Assembly (NCBI GenBank): GCA_964590105.1 | Contig: CAZPYM010000002.1 | Span: forward strand, 90,697-154,696 | DNA length: 64,000 nt | From: an uncultured Gammaproteobacteria bacterium | Lineage (GTDB): Bacteria; Patescibacteriota; Patescibacteriia; UBA11705; JABHMO01 | Direction: 5' to 3' | Part shown: positions 26,321 to 34,724 of the stretch, one piece after another | Position numbering within the stretch: the first letter of the stretch is position 1 | Layout: every line of letters begins with the position of its first letter | Translations under genes and position numbers: made by a program | Notes under the pieces: model-generated | Told to the model about the DNA's origin: nothing | Seen by the model: only the letters and a program-made list of their open reading frames with translations | Databases searched by the model: none

Positions 26321-28471
26321 CTACGCTTTTTTGATTGACAAACTGATTTTGCCGTTTTCCGGATCAAGTTTGATTACTCTGACTTTTACTTCCTGGCCCT
26401 CTTTCAAATATTTATTTACATCCATAACTCTTTCTTTGTCGGTGATTTCCGAAATATGCAAAAGGCCTTCAGTCCCCGGGAAAATTTCTACAAAAGCGCC
26501 GAAATCAGTTATTTTGATAACCTTGCCATTGTATATTTTATCGAGCTCTGGTTCGCGTGTTAAATCTTCAATCCAGGCTTTCGCTTTTTTCATTCCTTCA
26601 GCGGAAACAGAGGTGACGTATACGCTTCCGTCGTCTTCAATATCGATTGCCACGCCGGTTTCATCAATAATTTTATTAATTATTTTGCCACCCGGCCCGA
26701 TTACCATTCGGATTTTATCAGGATTGATTTTAATCGTTTCAATGCGCGGGGCGTGTTCGGAAAGTTCAGCTCTTGGCGCCGGGATATTTTTGATGATCAC
26801 GTCAAGGATTTCGTTTAATGCTTGCCGGCCTTGTGATAATGCTTGGCCAATAATTTCAAGCGTTAAACCGTCAGTCTTTGTGTCCATTTGAATCGCTGTC
26901 AAGCCATCATAGGTTCCGGTCATTTTGAAGTCCATCCCGCCCTCGCCATCTTCAAGATCCTGAATGTCAGTTAGAATTTTAAATTCTTTATGATTTGCCG
27001 AAGAAGCTAGTCCCATGGCAATGCCGGCAACAGGTTTTTTGATTGGAACGCCGGCGTCCATTAACGCCAATGTTGATCCGCAGGTTGAAGCCATTGAGCT
27101 TGAGCCATTTGAGCCAAGCACTTCTGATACAACGCGAATTGTATATGGGAAAGTTTCTTTGTCTGGAATCATTGGTTGGAGCGCTTTTTCTGCGAGAGCG
27201 CCATGTCCGATTTCTCTTCGTCCGGCGCCGCGCATGAAAGCTGCCTCGCCAACTGAGAACGGCGGGAAGTTATAATGATGCATGTATCTTTTTTTGCCGA
27301 CGGTTTCCATTTCATCCAGAACCTGTTCATCGCCTGGCGATCCCAGGGTGACCACTGATAGAACTTGGGTTTCACCGCGATTAAATAGACCGCTGCCATG
27401 TACTCTTGGGATCAGTCCGACCTGGCAACTTAATTCGCGAATGTCAGTCAGTTTTCTACCATCCACGCGTTGTCCTCGTTCAATGAGCGCGCTGGTAATC
27501 TGTTCGTCAATAAAGGGGTCAAAGAATTCCATGATTTTCTTGCGGCGGTCTTTGCCAACCTGCTTTTGTAGTAAATGTTCTTCCAGAAGCTCCTTGACTT
27601 TGCTTAGGGTTTTTTTCCTTTCTCCCTTGCTTCCCTTTGGAATGTTGAACAGATATTTTTCCAATTCTTTTTTAGCTATTTCCCGGCATTCATCCTGCAG
27701 TTTAGTTAATTCGACCAAACCCATTTTTTGATTTTCGTCCAGGTCTTCAAGGTCAACGTCAACTTTTGGCAGGAGCTGTTTTTCCTTGCCAACTTTCTTG
27801 CGGATGTCGTCGATGAAGCTGACTATTTTTTTGCCATGCTTTAGTCCGAATTCAAAAGCGTCCAAAACAGTTTTTTCATCAATTTCATTGGCGCCGGCTT
27901 CAACCATCACTACTTTGTTGGCAGTCATTGAAAAAGTTAAATCAAGGTTTGATTTTTGTCTGGCAACGTAAGTCGGGTTAATCACCCATTCGTTTTCGAT
28001 TTTTCCAATGCGGATGCAAGTCAGGGGGCCATTAAAAGGGATGTCTGAAATGTGCAGTGCGATTGATGCGCCAATTGTGGCCGGAATATCGGCGTCATTT
28101 TCACCGTCAATCGAAAGCACGGTGATAATCACCTGGATCGCCCGGCGGATTGATTGATCAAAAAGCGGACGAAGTCCCCTGTCGATCATTCGTGAAACCA
28201 AAACTGCTTCATCGCTTGGTCTGGTTTCGCGTTTAATAAATCTGGATCCTTTGATTCTGCCGGCGGCGTATAATTTTTCTGAATACTCCACCATCAGAGG
28301 AAAGTAACTCGCGTTTTCATCTACTTCTGAATTCATGACCGCGGTCGCGAGTACCAGCGTGTCTCCGTACTGAACTGTGCAACTGCCATTAGCCTGCAAA
28401 GCAAGATCGCCGGTTTTAACAATGAGTTTTTTGCCGGCAAACTCTGTTTCAAATGTTTGCGTTTTTTCCAT
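26321..28471 (-). CDS. pnp: Polyribonucleotide nucleotidyltransferase (PNPase).
   Basis: 716 aa. Two RNase PH domains, a KH domain and a C-terminal S1 domain (GKVIKITDFGAFVEIFPGTEGLLHISEI). Downstream of rpsO as in the canonical operon. Confidence 0.97.
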   Translation of the reverse strand: MEKTQTFETEFAGKKLIVKTGDLALQANGSCTVQYGDTLVLATAVMNSEVDENASYFPLMVEYSEKLYAAGRIKGSRFIKRETRPSDEAVLVSRMIDRGLRPLFDQSIRRAIQVIITVLSIDGENDADIPATIGASIALHISDIPFNGPLTCIRIGKIENEWVINPTYVARQKSNLDLTFSMTANKVVMVEAGANEIDEKTVLDAFEFGLKHGKKIVSFIDDIRKKVGKEKQLLPKVDVDLEDLDENQKMGLVELTKLQDECREIAKKELEKYLFNIPKGSKGERKKTLSKVKELLEEHLLQKQVGKDRRKKIMEFFDPFIDEQITSALIERGQRVDGRKLTDIRELSCQVGLIPRVHGSGLFNRGETQVLSVVTLGSPGDEQVLDEMETVGKKRYMHHYNFPPFSVGEAAFMRGAGRREIGHGALAEKALQPMIPDKETFPYTIRVVSEVLGSNGSSSMASTCGSTLALMDAGVPIKKPVAGIAMGLASSANHKEFKILTDIQDLEDGEGGMDFKMTGTYDGLTAIQMDTKTDGLTLEIIGQALSQGRQALNEILDVIIKNIPAPRAELSEHAPRIETIKINPDKIRMVIGPGGKIINKIIDETGVAIDIEDDGSVYVTSVSAEGMKKAKAWIEDLTREPELDKIYNGKVIKITDFGAFVEIFPGTEGLLHISEITDKERVMDVNKYLKEGQEVKVRVIKLDPENGKISLSIKKA

Positions 28472-28692
28472 AAATTTTTTCTGGCCGCCAAATTACAGAT
28501 CTCTTTTTGGGTGGAAGTTGGTACTTGGTATATAGATGCGGGATTAGAAAATGGACGCTGGAGGTTGAAATTAGGAATTGAATTTAACTCCAATTTCTTA
28601 CCTCCTTTCTCGTATCCATATACCACGCACCCACTTCCCTTGGTTAAAGAAATCTACTTATCTGACGACCAAGTTAATTATTTTAATAAAAG

Positions 28693-28721
28693 GAAGGCCC
28701 TCAATAGGAGGGCCGCCTTTT
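28693..28721 (-). terminator. Hairpin between rpsO and pnp (terminator/attenuator; candidate RNase III processing site as in other rpsO-pnp operons).
   Basis: GGCCCTCCTATTGAGGGCC on the minus strand followed by a U-rich tract. It sits between the rpsO stop (28722) and the roughly 220-nt pnp leader. Confidence 0.45.
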
Positions 28722-29114
28722 TTATTCGTTTTCGTTATTTTTTTCTTTTTGGTCTTTCTCGATTTGTTCTGCCTCTGATTCTGCGGCCACAGTGGCAATT
28801 TCTTCTTCAAGAAGTTTTTGTATTTCCTGATCTCTTTTCATCCTGGAGGTTGGTTTTAATTTTAATTCCTGAATAAGTTTGGCAAAACTTTCCGGGTTGT
28901 CGATTTCAAGATAGCGGATCAAGCGTCTTCGTTCCCCCACTTTTTTCAATAGACCGCGTCTGGATGAATGGTCGTGCTTGTGGGCTTGGAGATGTTTGGT
29001 TAGCTCCTTGATTTCCTCGGTTAAAATGGCGATTTGCACTTCAGCTGACCCAGTGTCGGTCTCGTGTGTTTTGAATTTGCTGATGATTAATTGCTTTTTC
29101 TTTGGCGATAGCAT
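28722..29114 (-). CDS. rpsO: 30S ribosomal protein S15 with a roughly 45-aa acidic C-terminal extension.
   Basis: MLSPKKKQLIISKFKTHETDTGSAEVQIAILTEEIKELTKHLQAHKHDHSSRRGLLKKVGERRRLIRYL is canonical S15. Extra tail ...EEEIATVAAESEAEQIEKDQKEKNNENE. The ATG (MLSPKK) is preferred over the ORF-track GTG at 29132. Confidence 0.85.
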   Translation of the reverse strand: MLSPKKKQLIISKFKTHETDTGSAEVQIAILTEEIKELTKHLQAHKHDHSSRRGLLKKVGERRRLIRYLEIDNPESFAKLIQELKLKPTSRMKRDQEIQKLLEEEIATVAAESEAEQIEKDQKEKNNENE

Positions 29115-29354
29115 AATTTTGGCGCTTTCCACCGCTCGGCCGAGTATTCTATGAATATTCAGTAGCCGGAGCCGCAGAGGCGGGTGATTTATTTACTGAA
29201 TTTATATTATCACAAGTGGATAGATTTGGCAATAGTGACTGGTACGACTTGCGTTTTTGACTTTAGTGTCGTACAATATTGTCGGATAGATAGCGAGATC
29301 GTTTTTGTAAAAATGAAATATTAGGTCAATTTATTTTGCACCAAATTATTAGAT

Positions 29355-30227
29355 ATGTCGTCAGTAAATAAACTTATAACTGAATTTCTTTTTGACTTGA
29401 GAAAAAGAAAAAGAACCGAGCGCACGGCGCGCAACTATGATTTGTATTTACGCAGATTTTCAGGCTGGCTTGAGCAAAAGCAGATAGAAAACATGGGGCA
29501 AGTAACGCCGGAACTTATTGCCAAGTATAAAATTTGGCTAAAAAAAATAAAAAACCCGATAAAGAAAATTTATTTGAAAGAAAATACTCAGAATTATCAT
29601 TTGATTGCGCTAAGGGAGTTTATCAAGTATTTGGGAAAGAAAAAAATTTTGTCAATTACCAACCCGAAAATCAAATTGCCAAAAACCCTGAAAGTTAAGG
29701 CCGGCTTTCTCAGTAAAGAAGATGTTCAACTTTTATTGGAATCGCCAATGAAAATTTCACAACCCAGATTGATTCAGCTTCGCGATAGAGCGATATTGGA
29801 ATTGTTTTATTCTACCGGAATTCGAGTTTCTGAGGAGGCAAGCCTGCAGGTTAGCGATATAAATTTTCAAAAACAAGAAATTCTTGTTTGTTCCGGGCAG
29901 AAGAAAGAACGCAGAATTAAATTTTCCAATCAAGCCAAGCATTGGCTGGTTCAATATTTGGAAAGAAGAAAAAATAAAAGTAAATATGTTTTTGTGAGTC
30001 ACGACCGAGCAAAAGCAACAAGAGAAGATGCCGGGCTTAGCGCCAGAAGTTTAGAAAGAATAGTTGAAAAATATGCTAGAGGCGCCGGTATTGACAAAAA
30101 AGTCACTCCGCAGATGCTTCGTCATACATATGCATTTCTTTTGGTCGAAAGAACAGCTGATCCGCGGTCAGTTAAACAAAAACTCGGTCACCTTTCTCTA
30201 AATTCAGCGATGAGATACTTTGATTAA
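29355..30227 (+). CDS. Tyrosine site-specific recombinase (XerC/XerD-like).
   Basis: 290 aa. N-terminal core-binding domain. Catalytic region R..(ELFYSTGIRVSE)...H..LRHTYAF...LGH....T..Y, with the Tyr near the C-terminus. Confidence 0.85.
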   Translation: MSSVNKLITEFLFDLRKRKRTERTARNYDLYLRRFSGWLEQKQIENMGQVTPELIAKYKIWLKKIKNPIKKIYLKENTQNYHLIALREFIKYLGKKKILSITNPKIKLPKTLKVKAGFLSKEDVQLLLESPMKISQPRLIQLRDRAILELFYSTGIRVSEEASLQVSDINFQKQEILVCSGQKKERRIKFSNQAKHWLVQYLERRKNKSKYVFVSHDRAKATREDAGLSARSLERIVEKYARGAGIDKKVTPQMLRHTYAFLLVERTADPRSVKQKLGHLSLNSAMRYFD

Positions 30228-30436
30228 TCGTTTTTTTCGTGCTCGTTTCACTCGGTCGGAAACAGGGGGCGAAAGTTAATTGTTCCAAGTGTTGTAATCC
30301 GAACTTCGTGTATTATTGAAAAAAACTATTGTTTATGTTAGCATTACGGCGCCCTTTTACCTTTGCTCGTCCGAGCAAAGGTATTGTTCCTATCCTGCAA
30401 TTGCACATTACGCCTTATTACCCACTATTCGGTTGG

Positions 30437-30470
30437 AGCACTCACCACGAGTGCTCGCTATTTTTTTACT
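30437..30470 (+). terminator. Rho-independent terminator downstream of the xer-like gene.
   Basis: GAGCACTC-ACCAC-GAGTGCTC stem followed by GCTATTTTTTTAC. Confidence 0.5.
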
Positions 30471-30540
30471 TTTAACGCATTTAAATAGGACCCTTTTGCT
30501 ATAAATATTGATTTAGTTTATGTTTTTAGATATGAATTGA

Positions 30541-30568
30541 TTGACTATATATAGTAATCTGCTATAAT
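30541..30568 (+). promoter_or_regulatory. Sigma70-like promoter (TTGACT-16-TATAAT) for tRNA-Arg(TCT).
   Basis: TTGACT at 30541-30546 and TATAAT at 30563-30568, about 20 nt upstream of the tRNA 5' end. Confidence 0.5.
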
Positions 30569-30589
30569 TTTTTCAGAAAACGCACATAC

Positions 30590-30661
30590 GTCCCTATAGT
30601 TCAGTGGATAGAACACCAGCCTTCTAAGCTGGATACGCAGGTTCGATTCCTGCTGGGGACA
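30590..30661 (+). tRNA. tRNA-Arg (anticodon TCT).
   Basis: GTCCCTATAGTTCAGTGGATAGAACACCAGCCTTCTAAGCTGGATACGCAGGTTCGATTCCTGCTGGGGACA. Anticodon loop CTTCTAA. CCA is encoded. Confidence 0.85.
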
Positions 30662-30969
30662 CCATTTCGTTGGTAGTAGAAAGTGAAGAAGGGTTTACGG
30701 GATGTAATTGTAATATTAATTTAATATGACGCAGGTAAGACAGGGTGGATTCAGAATTTAAGTTGTTTAGCAATTAACCCAATTTAATATGAATAAAAAA
30801 AGAAAAGTTGCCATTAAGAAACAGCAAAAAAAGCAGGGAAAAGATGTACGATGCAGGTATAGATAATTTGCTGAAACGCTTGTAATATCAATTTATAATA
30901 ATATTTTACGACACTTTTTTGGTATTAATTTTATTATAATTATTGTTTTATCATGGCATTAATAGGGCT

Positions 30970-30991
30970 AAATGTTCCACGTGGAACATTT
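30970..30991. repeat. Perfect palindrome AAATGTTCCACGTGGAACATTT, copy 1 (core AATGTTCCACGTGGAACATT).
   Basis: Exact 20-22 bp palindrome. An identical copy lies at 31641-31662. The two bracket tRNA-Arg(CCT). Confidence 0.6.
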
Positions 30992-31062
30992 TTATAATCT
31001 GATTCATGCGGGCTGAATTCGTTCAGCGAGTTCATTACCTAACTTACTTAATTTCTTTGCGT

Positions 31063-31134
31063 GCTCCCGTAGTTCAGTGGATAGAACAAGACACTCCTAA
31101 CGTCTAGACGCAGGTTCGATTCCTGCCGGGGGCA
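31063..31134 (+). tRNA. tRNA-Arg (anticodon CCT).
   Basis: GCTCCCGTAGTTCAGTGGATAGAACAAGACACTCCTAACGTCTAGACGCAGGTTCGATTCCTGCCGGGGGCA. D- and T-arms are identical to tRNA-Arg(TCT). Anticodon loop CTCCTAA. One A-C mismatch at the base of the anticodon stem. CCA is encoded. Confidence 0.8.
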
Positions 31135-31230
31135 CCATGAATCACTTGCCCCTTTGGGACTCGGGTTCATGGCAAGCCATGAATATTAGAATATCTGTGG
31201 ATCTCGGGTTCATTCTTCCCGTGCACTTGA
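31135..31230 (+). repeat. Conserved tRNA 3'-trailer element (copy 1), related to the trailer of tRNA-Glu at 47236-47320.
   Basis: CCATGAATCACT ... TCGGGTTCATGGCAAGCCATGAATATTAGAATAT. The copy at 47236 reads CCATGAACCACT ... TCGGGTTCATGGTAAACCATTGAATATAATAC. The core TTCATGG-N4-CCATGAA is an inverted repeat. A third partial CTCGGGTTCATTC lies at 31203. Confidence 0.5.
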
Positions 31231-31640
31231 ACACAGAAAGCAGTACATGGGCAACGGCGTTGATTGTGAAATGAATTTGGAAGCTGTTATCTTTGAGTAA
31301 ACAATACTAATTTGAAGTTAGTATTTTTTGTTTGCTAAAGCAATGTACAAATATCAAGAATCAATGATAAATGGTAATATTGCTCGTATTGCTGGACGGA
31401 TTTTATGAATAATGCAGGATTTGCTCGAATATTAAATAGCCCAATATTTTATAAAACACCAAAAACTGTGGAAAACATGGTGATAACTGTTGATTTTTGG
31501 GCTATTTGTACACACTAGTGTAGCCAAGTGGGGGGGCTTGGGTTTAGTAAATTGGAAATTCGGAATTGGGGTTGATGGGAAATTTAGTAATATTGATAGC
31601 TCAAAAAAAAACTAAAGAAGATTTGCTGGTAAAAAGAAAA

Positions 31641-31662
31641 AAATGTTCCACGTGGAACATTT
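31641..31662. repeat. Perfect palindrome AAATGTTCCACGTGGAACATTT, copy 2.
   Basis: Identical to 30970-30991. Confidence 0.6.
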
Positions 31663-31736
31663 GTACAAACATTCAGAAGGACATTTGATTTTGTTAGTCA
31701 TTTTATATGAATATATGAGTCGCAAAATAATAATTA

Positions 31737-32498
31737 TTAGTATTTCAATGTTTTAGCTGATTTCCATGCTTGTTCGAAAAGTGTTTTATGTGTTTCAGCC
31801 AAATCCTTGTTTTCAATAATGATCACGTAATATTTGTTTTTGTTATAAGGCAGGAAGGCAATTTTATTGCCAAAAATAATATTATCACCGCGACCGCAAC
31901 CAAATTTTTTGTTAAAAAAGCGAATTGTATGATTAGGGTTTTTAATTTTTGTAACAACATTGGCGTATTTTACGTTTGCTTCATCAAGGGGGAGGAGCTC
32001 GCGGGTTTTTACGTCGGGATTTTTTAAAGTGTCTTTATATTCTTCGAATATATCTGAATAAAGATCTACAGGTTCAATAATTGAACCATAAAAAACAGCT
32101 TCTTGGCCGGTTTTCAGAAAATTAAGAACCTCGCGGTAAACCTGCACCACCCCATCCTTTCCTTCAAAAAATTGAACTTCCGGTTTGTTAGGCTGTTGGT
32201 TATATATCGCCATCAAGTTTGGAATAGCCTTTTCTAGGTTCTTCTCTCGCTGCTTTAATTGGGTCAATAGATTCTTTGGTGAAGCGGCGCTATATAGCGT
32301 GGCTTTTTTTGTTTTGCGAAAACTGACAAGTCCGCGTTCTGCTAGGGTTTGAAGGATTACATAGGTTGTCGGGCGTTTAACTCGGGCAATTGTTGAAATA
32401 TTAAAAACCGTGTCTTCGCCCAACTGAAGACAAGTAAGGTAAATGGCGGACTGTTTTTGATCAAAGCCAATTGATTTTAGTGTTTGTGAGAGTTCCAT
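31737..32498 (-). CDS. TrmB-family transcriptional regulator (winged HTH).
   Basis: 253 aa. The N-terminus LKSIGFDQKQSAIYLTCLQLGEDTVFNISTIARVKRPTTYVILQTLAERGLV is a typical TrmB wHTH. A C-terminal sensor-like domain follows. Confidence 0.7.
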   Translation of the reverse strand: MELSQTLKSIGFDQKQSAIYLTCLQLGEDTVFNISTIARVKRPTTYVILQTLAERGLVSFRKTKKATLYSAASPKNLLTQLKQREKNLEKAIPNLMAIYNQQPNKPEVQFFEGKDGVVQVYREVLNFLKTGQEAVFYGSIIEPVDLYSDIFEEYKDTLKNPDVKTRELLPLDEANVKYANVVTKIKNPNHTIRFFNKKFGCGRGDNIIFGNKIAFLPYNKNKYYVIIIENKDLAETHKTLFEQAWKSAKTLKY

Positions 32499-32743
32499 GG
32501 TTGAGGTCTGTCATGCTTTAAGGTTTTTGCGTATTCTCGCAAACACACCTCAGCGCGACAGGCAATAAGCCGTCACCCACCACGACGAGGCGTTTTATTA
32601 GAATACATAAAACCTCGGACTGGGACAGGGTGGGGGCAAGTAAAGTATAACAAACGTTTATTTCACTGTCAATATTTCTGACAACAGTTGCTAATAACTT
32701 GCGTTTTGTTATATAAAATTAGTCAAATAACCTTATATAATGA

Positions 32744-32772
32744 TTGACAGTAGATTTGCTATGTGCTATAAT
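32744..32772 (+). promoter_or_regulatory. Sigma70-like promoter (ATTGACAGTAGATT...TATAAT, 17-nt spacer) for the 32909-33929 gene pair.
   Basis: TTGACA at 32744-32749 and TATAAT at 32767-32772. The extended -35 14-mer ATTGACAGTAGATT is identical to the promoter at 35496. Confidence 0.5.
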
Positions 32773-32908
32773 TCCGTGTTAGTTAAGGTTGGGAATTGTT
32801 CATTTAACTTTCAGTGGAGGGAAGCAGTGAAAAGATTTAACGACGATGATTTTAGCAATTTTATGTGTTGGGAAATGTTCGTTGATAATTTAATCATGGA
32901 GGAATGAA

Positions 32909-33442
32909 ATGGAAATTGCGAAAAAGATTGTCAACGGAAAATTTGAAAGTGCGTACAGGTATTTTATGAATAGACATAAGGGATGCTCTTCGTTAATGAT
33001 TGTTTTTTCTTCTTTTTTATCCCTTTGTCTTAGCGTCTGGACAGTGTTTGGTATTGTCGGCGGAACGGAAAACGAGCTTCAATGTTGCGTTGGTTTTTTT
33101 CTGTCGGGGTTTATGTTTTATGTTTGTCTGCGCCACAGTTTGATTGACGTAAATTCTGTAATTGTGCCGAAGATTTTGCTGAACGAGGTAACAATGTTTT
33201 GTATAGAGAATAAGCAGCTTTCTGTAGTTTTGTCATTGAGAAATAAAACAGAAAAAAGTGATGATGATTGCCTTGAATTGGATCAGCGACTAAATGCTTG
33301 CCAGATTTATCTTCAAAACAAGCGTTATGTAAATTTGGAAAAGAATAGGATTGAGAGATTAAAAAAATTAATTGCCTGCAAGGAAAAAGAAATTAATGAA
33401 TTTGAAAACGAATTTGGGCTTGGAGGTGATGATAATGCCTGA
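32909..33442 (+). CDS. Hypothetical membrane protein (2 TM) with a C-terminal coiled-coil.
   Basis: 177 aa. TM helices SSLMIVFSSFLSLCLSVWTVFGIV and VGFFLSGFMFYV. The C-terminal region is charged and helical. No known motif. Confidence 0.45.
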   Translation: MEIAKKIVNGKFESAYRYFMNRHKGCSSLMIVFSSFLSLCLSVWTVFGIVGGTENELQCCVGFFLSGFMFYVCLRHSLIDVNSVIVPKILLNEVTMFCIENKQLSVVLSLRNKTEKSDDDCLELDQRLNACQIYLQNKRYVNLEKNRIERLKKLIACKEKEINEFENEFGLGGDDNA

Positions 33443-33929
33443 AAAAATCAGACCGATAAAATGGAAATGCAGTTGTTGCCAGCGAGTATATTCAGAAAAG
33501 AATTCAGCGATTGAATGTGAAAAAAGGGATGCATGGTTGATGAGAGTGAAGATTGCCCTGGATCAACATCTGCCAGCTAAAGCAATTTTTTGGCGTGGTG
33601 ATCGCGCAGGCGAATATACGGTCGTAACTTCGGAGCCGAAGTGCATTATGAAAGATTGTTTTCCTCAGAGTGATTGGCAAAACAAACCATTAGAACATTG
33701 GATCCGTTTGACCTTTGTTTTGTATCGCAATCGGGATGTTGGCAAAAAAGGTCGTGGGTTACCGCTCGAATGGGGTCATTCCGAACATTTGGAATTTAGA
33801 ATGTTTGACCCGGCTGTTTTTGAAAAGATCAAGGAAATTATGCGCGGAGAAATTGAAATTTGTGTTGTGTGGCCGAGCGCCGCAGAATTCTATAATGATT
33901 CCGAGCAGTTTGTAATAAAACGGAAGTAG
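33435..33929 (+). CDS. Hypothetical protein with an N-terminal CxxC...CxxC zinc-ribbon-like motif.
   Basis: ATG at 33435 (or 33429) after GGAGGTGATGATA. It overlaps the upstream stop, which suggests translational coupling. KWKCSCCQRVYSEKNSAIECEKRD. No known domain recognised. Confidence 0.45.
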   Translation: MPEKIRPIKWKCSCCQRVYSEKNSAIECEKRDAWLMRVKIALDQHLPAKAIFWRGDRAGEYTVVTSEPKCIMKDCFPQSDWQNKPLEHWIRLTFVLYRNRDVGKKGRGLPLEWGHSEHLEFRMFDPAVFEKIKEIMRGEIEICVVWPSAAEFYNDSEQFVIKRK

Positions 33930-33938
33930 AGTAGAAAA

Positions 33939-33976
33939 TTCCCACCTTGAGCATATTCAAGGTGGGAATTTTATTT
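33939..33976 (+). terminator. Strong hairpin terminator (10-12 bp stem) shared by convergent genes.
   Basis: TTCCCACCTT-GAGCATATTC-AAGGTGGGAA followed by TTTTATTT. Confidence 0.6.
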
Positions 33977-34196
33977 AGACGTTTATCTCGATTATTTTAT
34001 TTTTTTTACTTAGGCCAGATTTAACCGCAATTAATGACTTTGGTATTTTTAAGTATTCGCTTAAAAGATTAACTAGCGCCTTATTGGCTTTTCCTTTTTC
34101 CGGCGCGGCCGTTGTTCTCACATGAAAAAATTTAGATTTAAGTTGAATAACCTCATTGCGGGAGGCTTTGGTTGAGACTTTGACGTTAATTAGCAT
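33975..34196 (-). CDS. DUF167/YggU-family protein.
   Basis: 73 aa. INVKVSTKASRNEV...HVRTTAAPEKGKANKALVNLLSEYLKIPKS...IAVKSGLSKKNK matches the YggU/UPF0235 pattern. Confidence 0.65.
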   Translation of the reverse strand: MLINVKVSTKASRNEVIQLKSKFFHVRTTAAPEKGKANKALVNLLSEYLKIPKSLIAVKSGLSKKNKIIEINV

Positions 34197-34283
34197 AATT
34201 TGATTTGAATAGGGGATATGGGTAGTGAATTCCTATAAATTGTAGCACAAATAAAAAAAGGGGAACATTGTTCCCCCAGCAGA

Positions 34284-34724
34284 CTATTTTTTGATTTTCC
34301 ATTGGGTAACTTGTTTAATCAACATCTTAACATCGCCCGGGCCATAGGGTAGGGTCAATTGGGCGGAGGGGATTTTGTTCGCGTATTGATCTAGCAAGGT
34401 CGGGGCAAATACCAACAGTTGGTAAGAGTCCGAATCCTTTAGGATTTCAGCACGGTGATCCACAAGACAAAGCCGTGGCGACGTTATTCTGCCAATGCAG
34501 GCCAGCGCCGTAATTTCGTTGTCGGGATACTGTTTCAAATCGTTTCTCACGTTGAGAATCAGCATTCCGTGTAAGTTGTCTATTGATTCAATCTCCAGCA
34601 AAATTTCATCTGAATTGGCGACGGGGGCCGGCGGGATGTTTTTTTCGACTGGAGTTGATTTGACTTTCTGCTGACATGCAATTGAAATCAAGCAACTGCA
34701 GATCATTAGTGCCGCATTTCTCAT
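34284..34724 (-). CDS. Hypothetical lipoprotein.
   Basis: 146 aa. N-terminal signal with a lipobox-like LISIAC. Confidence 0.4.
   Translation of the reverse strand: MRNAALMICSCLISIACQQKVKSTPVEKNIPPAPVANSDEILLEIESIDNLHGMLILNVRNDLKQYPDNEITALACIGRITSPRLCLVDHRAEILKDSDSYQLLVFAPTLLDQYANKIPSAQLTLPYGPGDVKMLIKQVTQWKIKK

Noticed and set aside
26199-26891. 230-aa plus-strand ORF.
   Set aside because: It lies entirely antisense within pnp, and the product is Ser/Ile-rich low complexity.
30437-30459. CIRCE-like inverted repeat GAGCACTC-N5-GAGTGCTC.
   Set aside because: The HrcA CIRCE element is TTAGCACTC-N9-GAGTGCTAA. Here the spacer is 5 nt, the flanks differ, and the repeat is followed by a T-run downstream of a gene, so it fits a terminator better.
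31395-31510. 37-codon ORF (MNNAGFARILNSPIFYK...) in the tRNA-Arg downstream spacer, and a 25-codon basic ORF (MNKKRKVAIKKQQKK...) at about 30790-30870.
   Set aside because: Neither has an RBS or other support. Short ORFs are expected by chance in AT-rich spacers.
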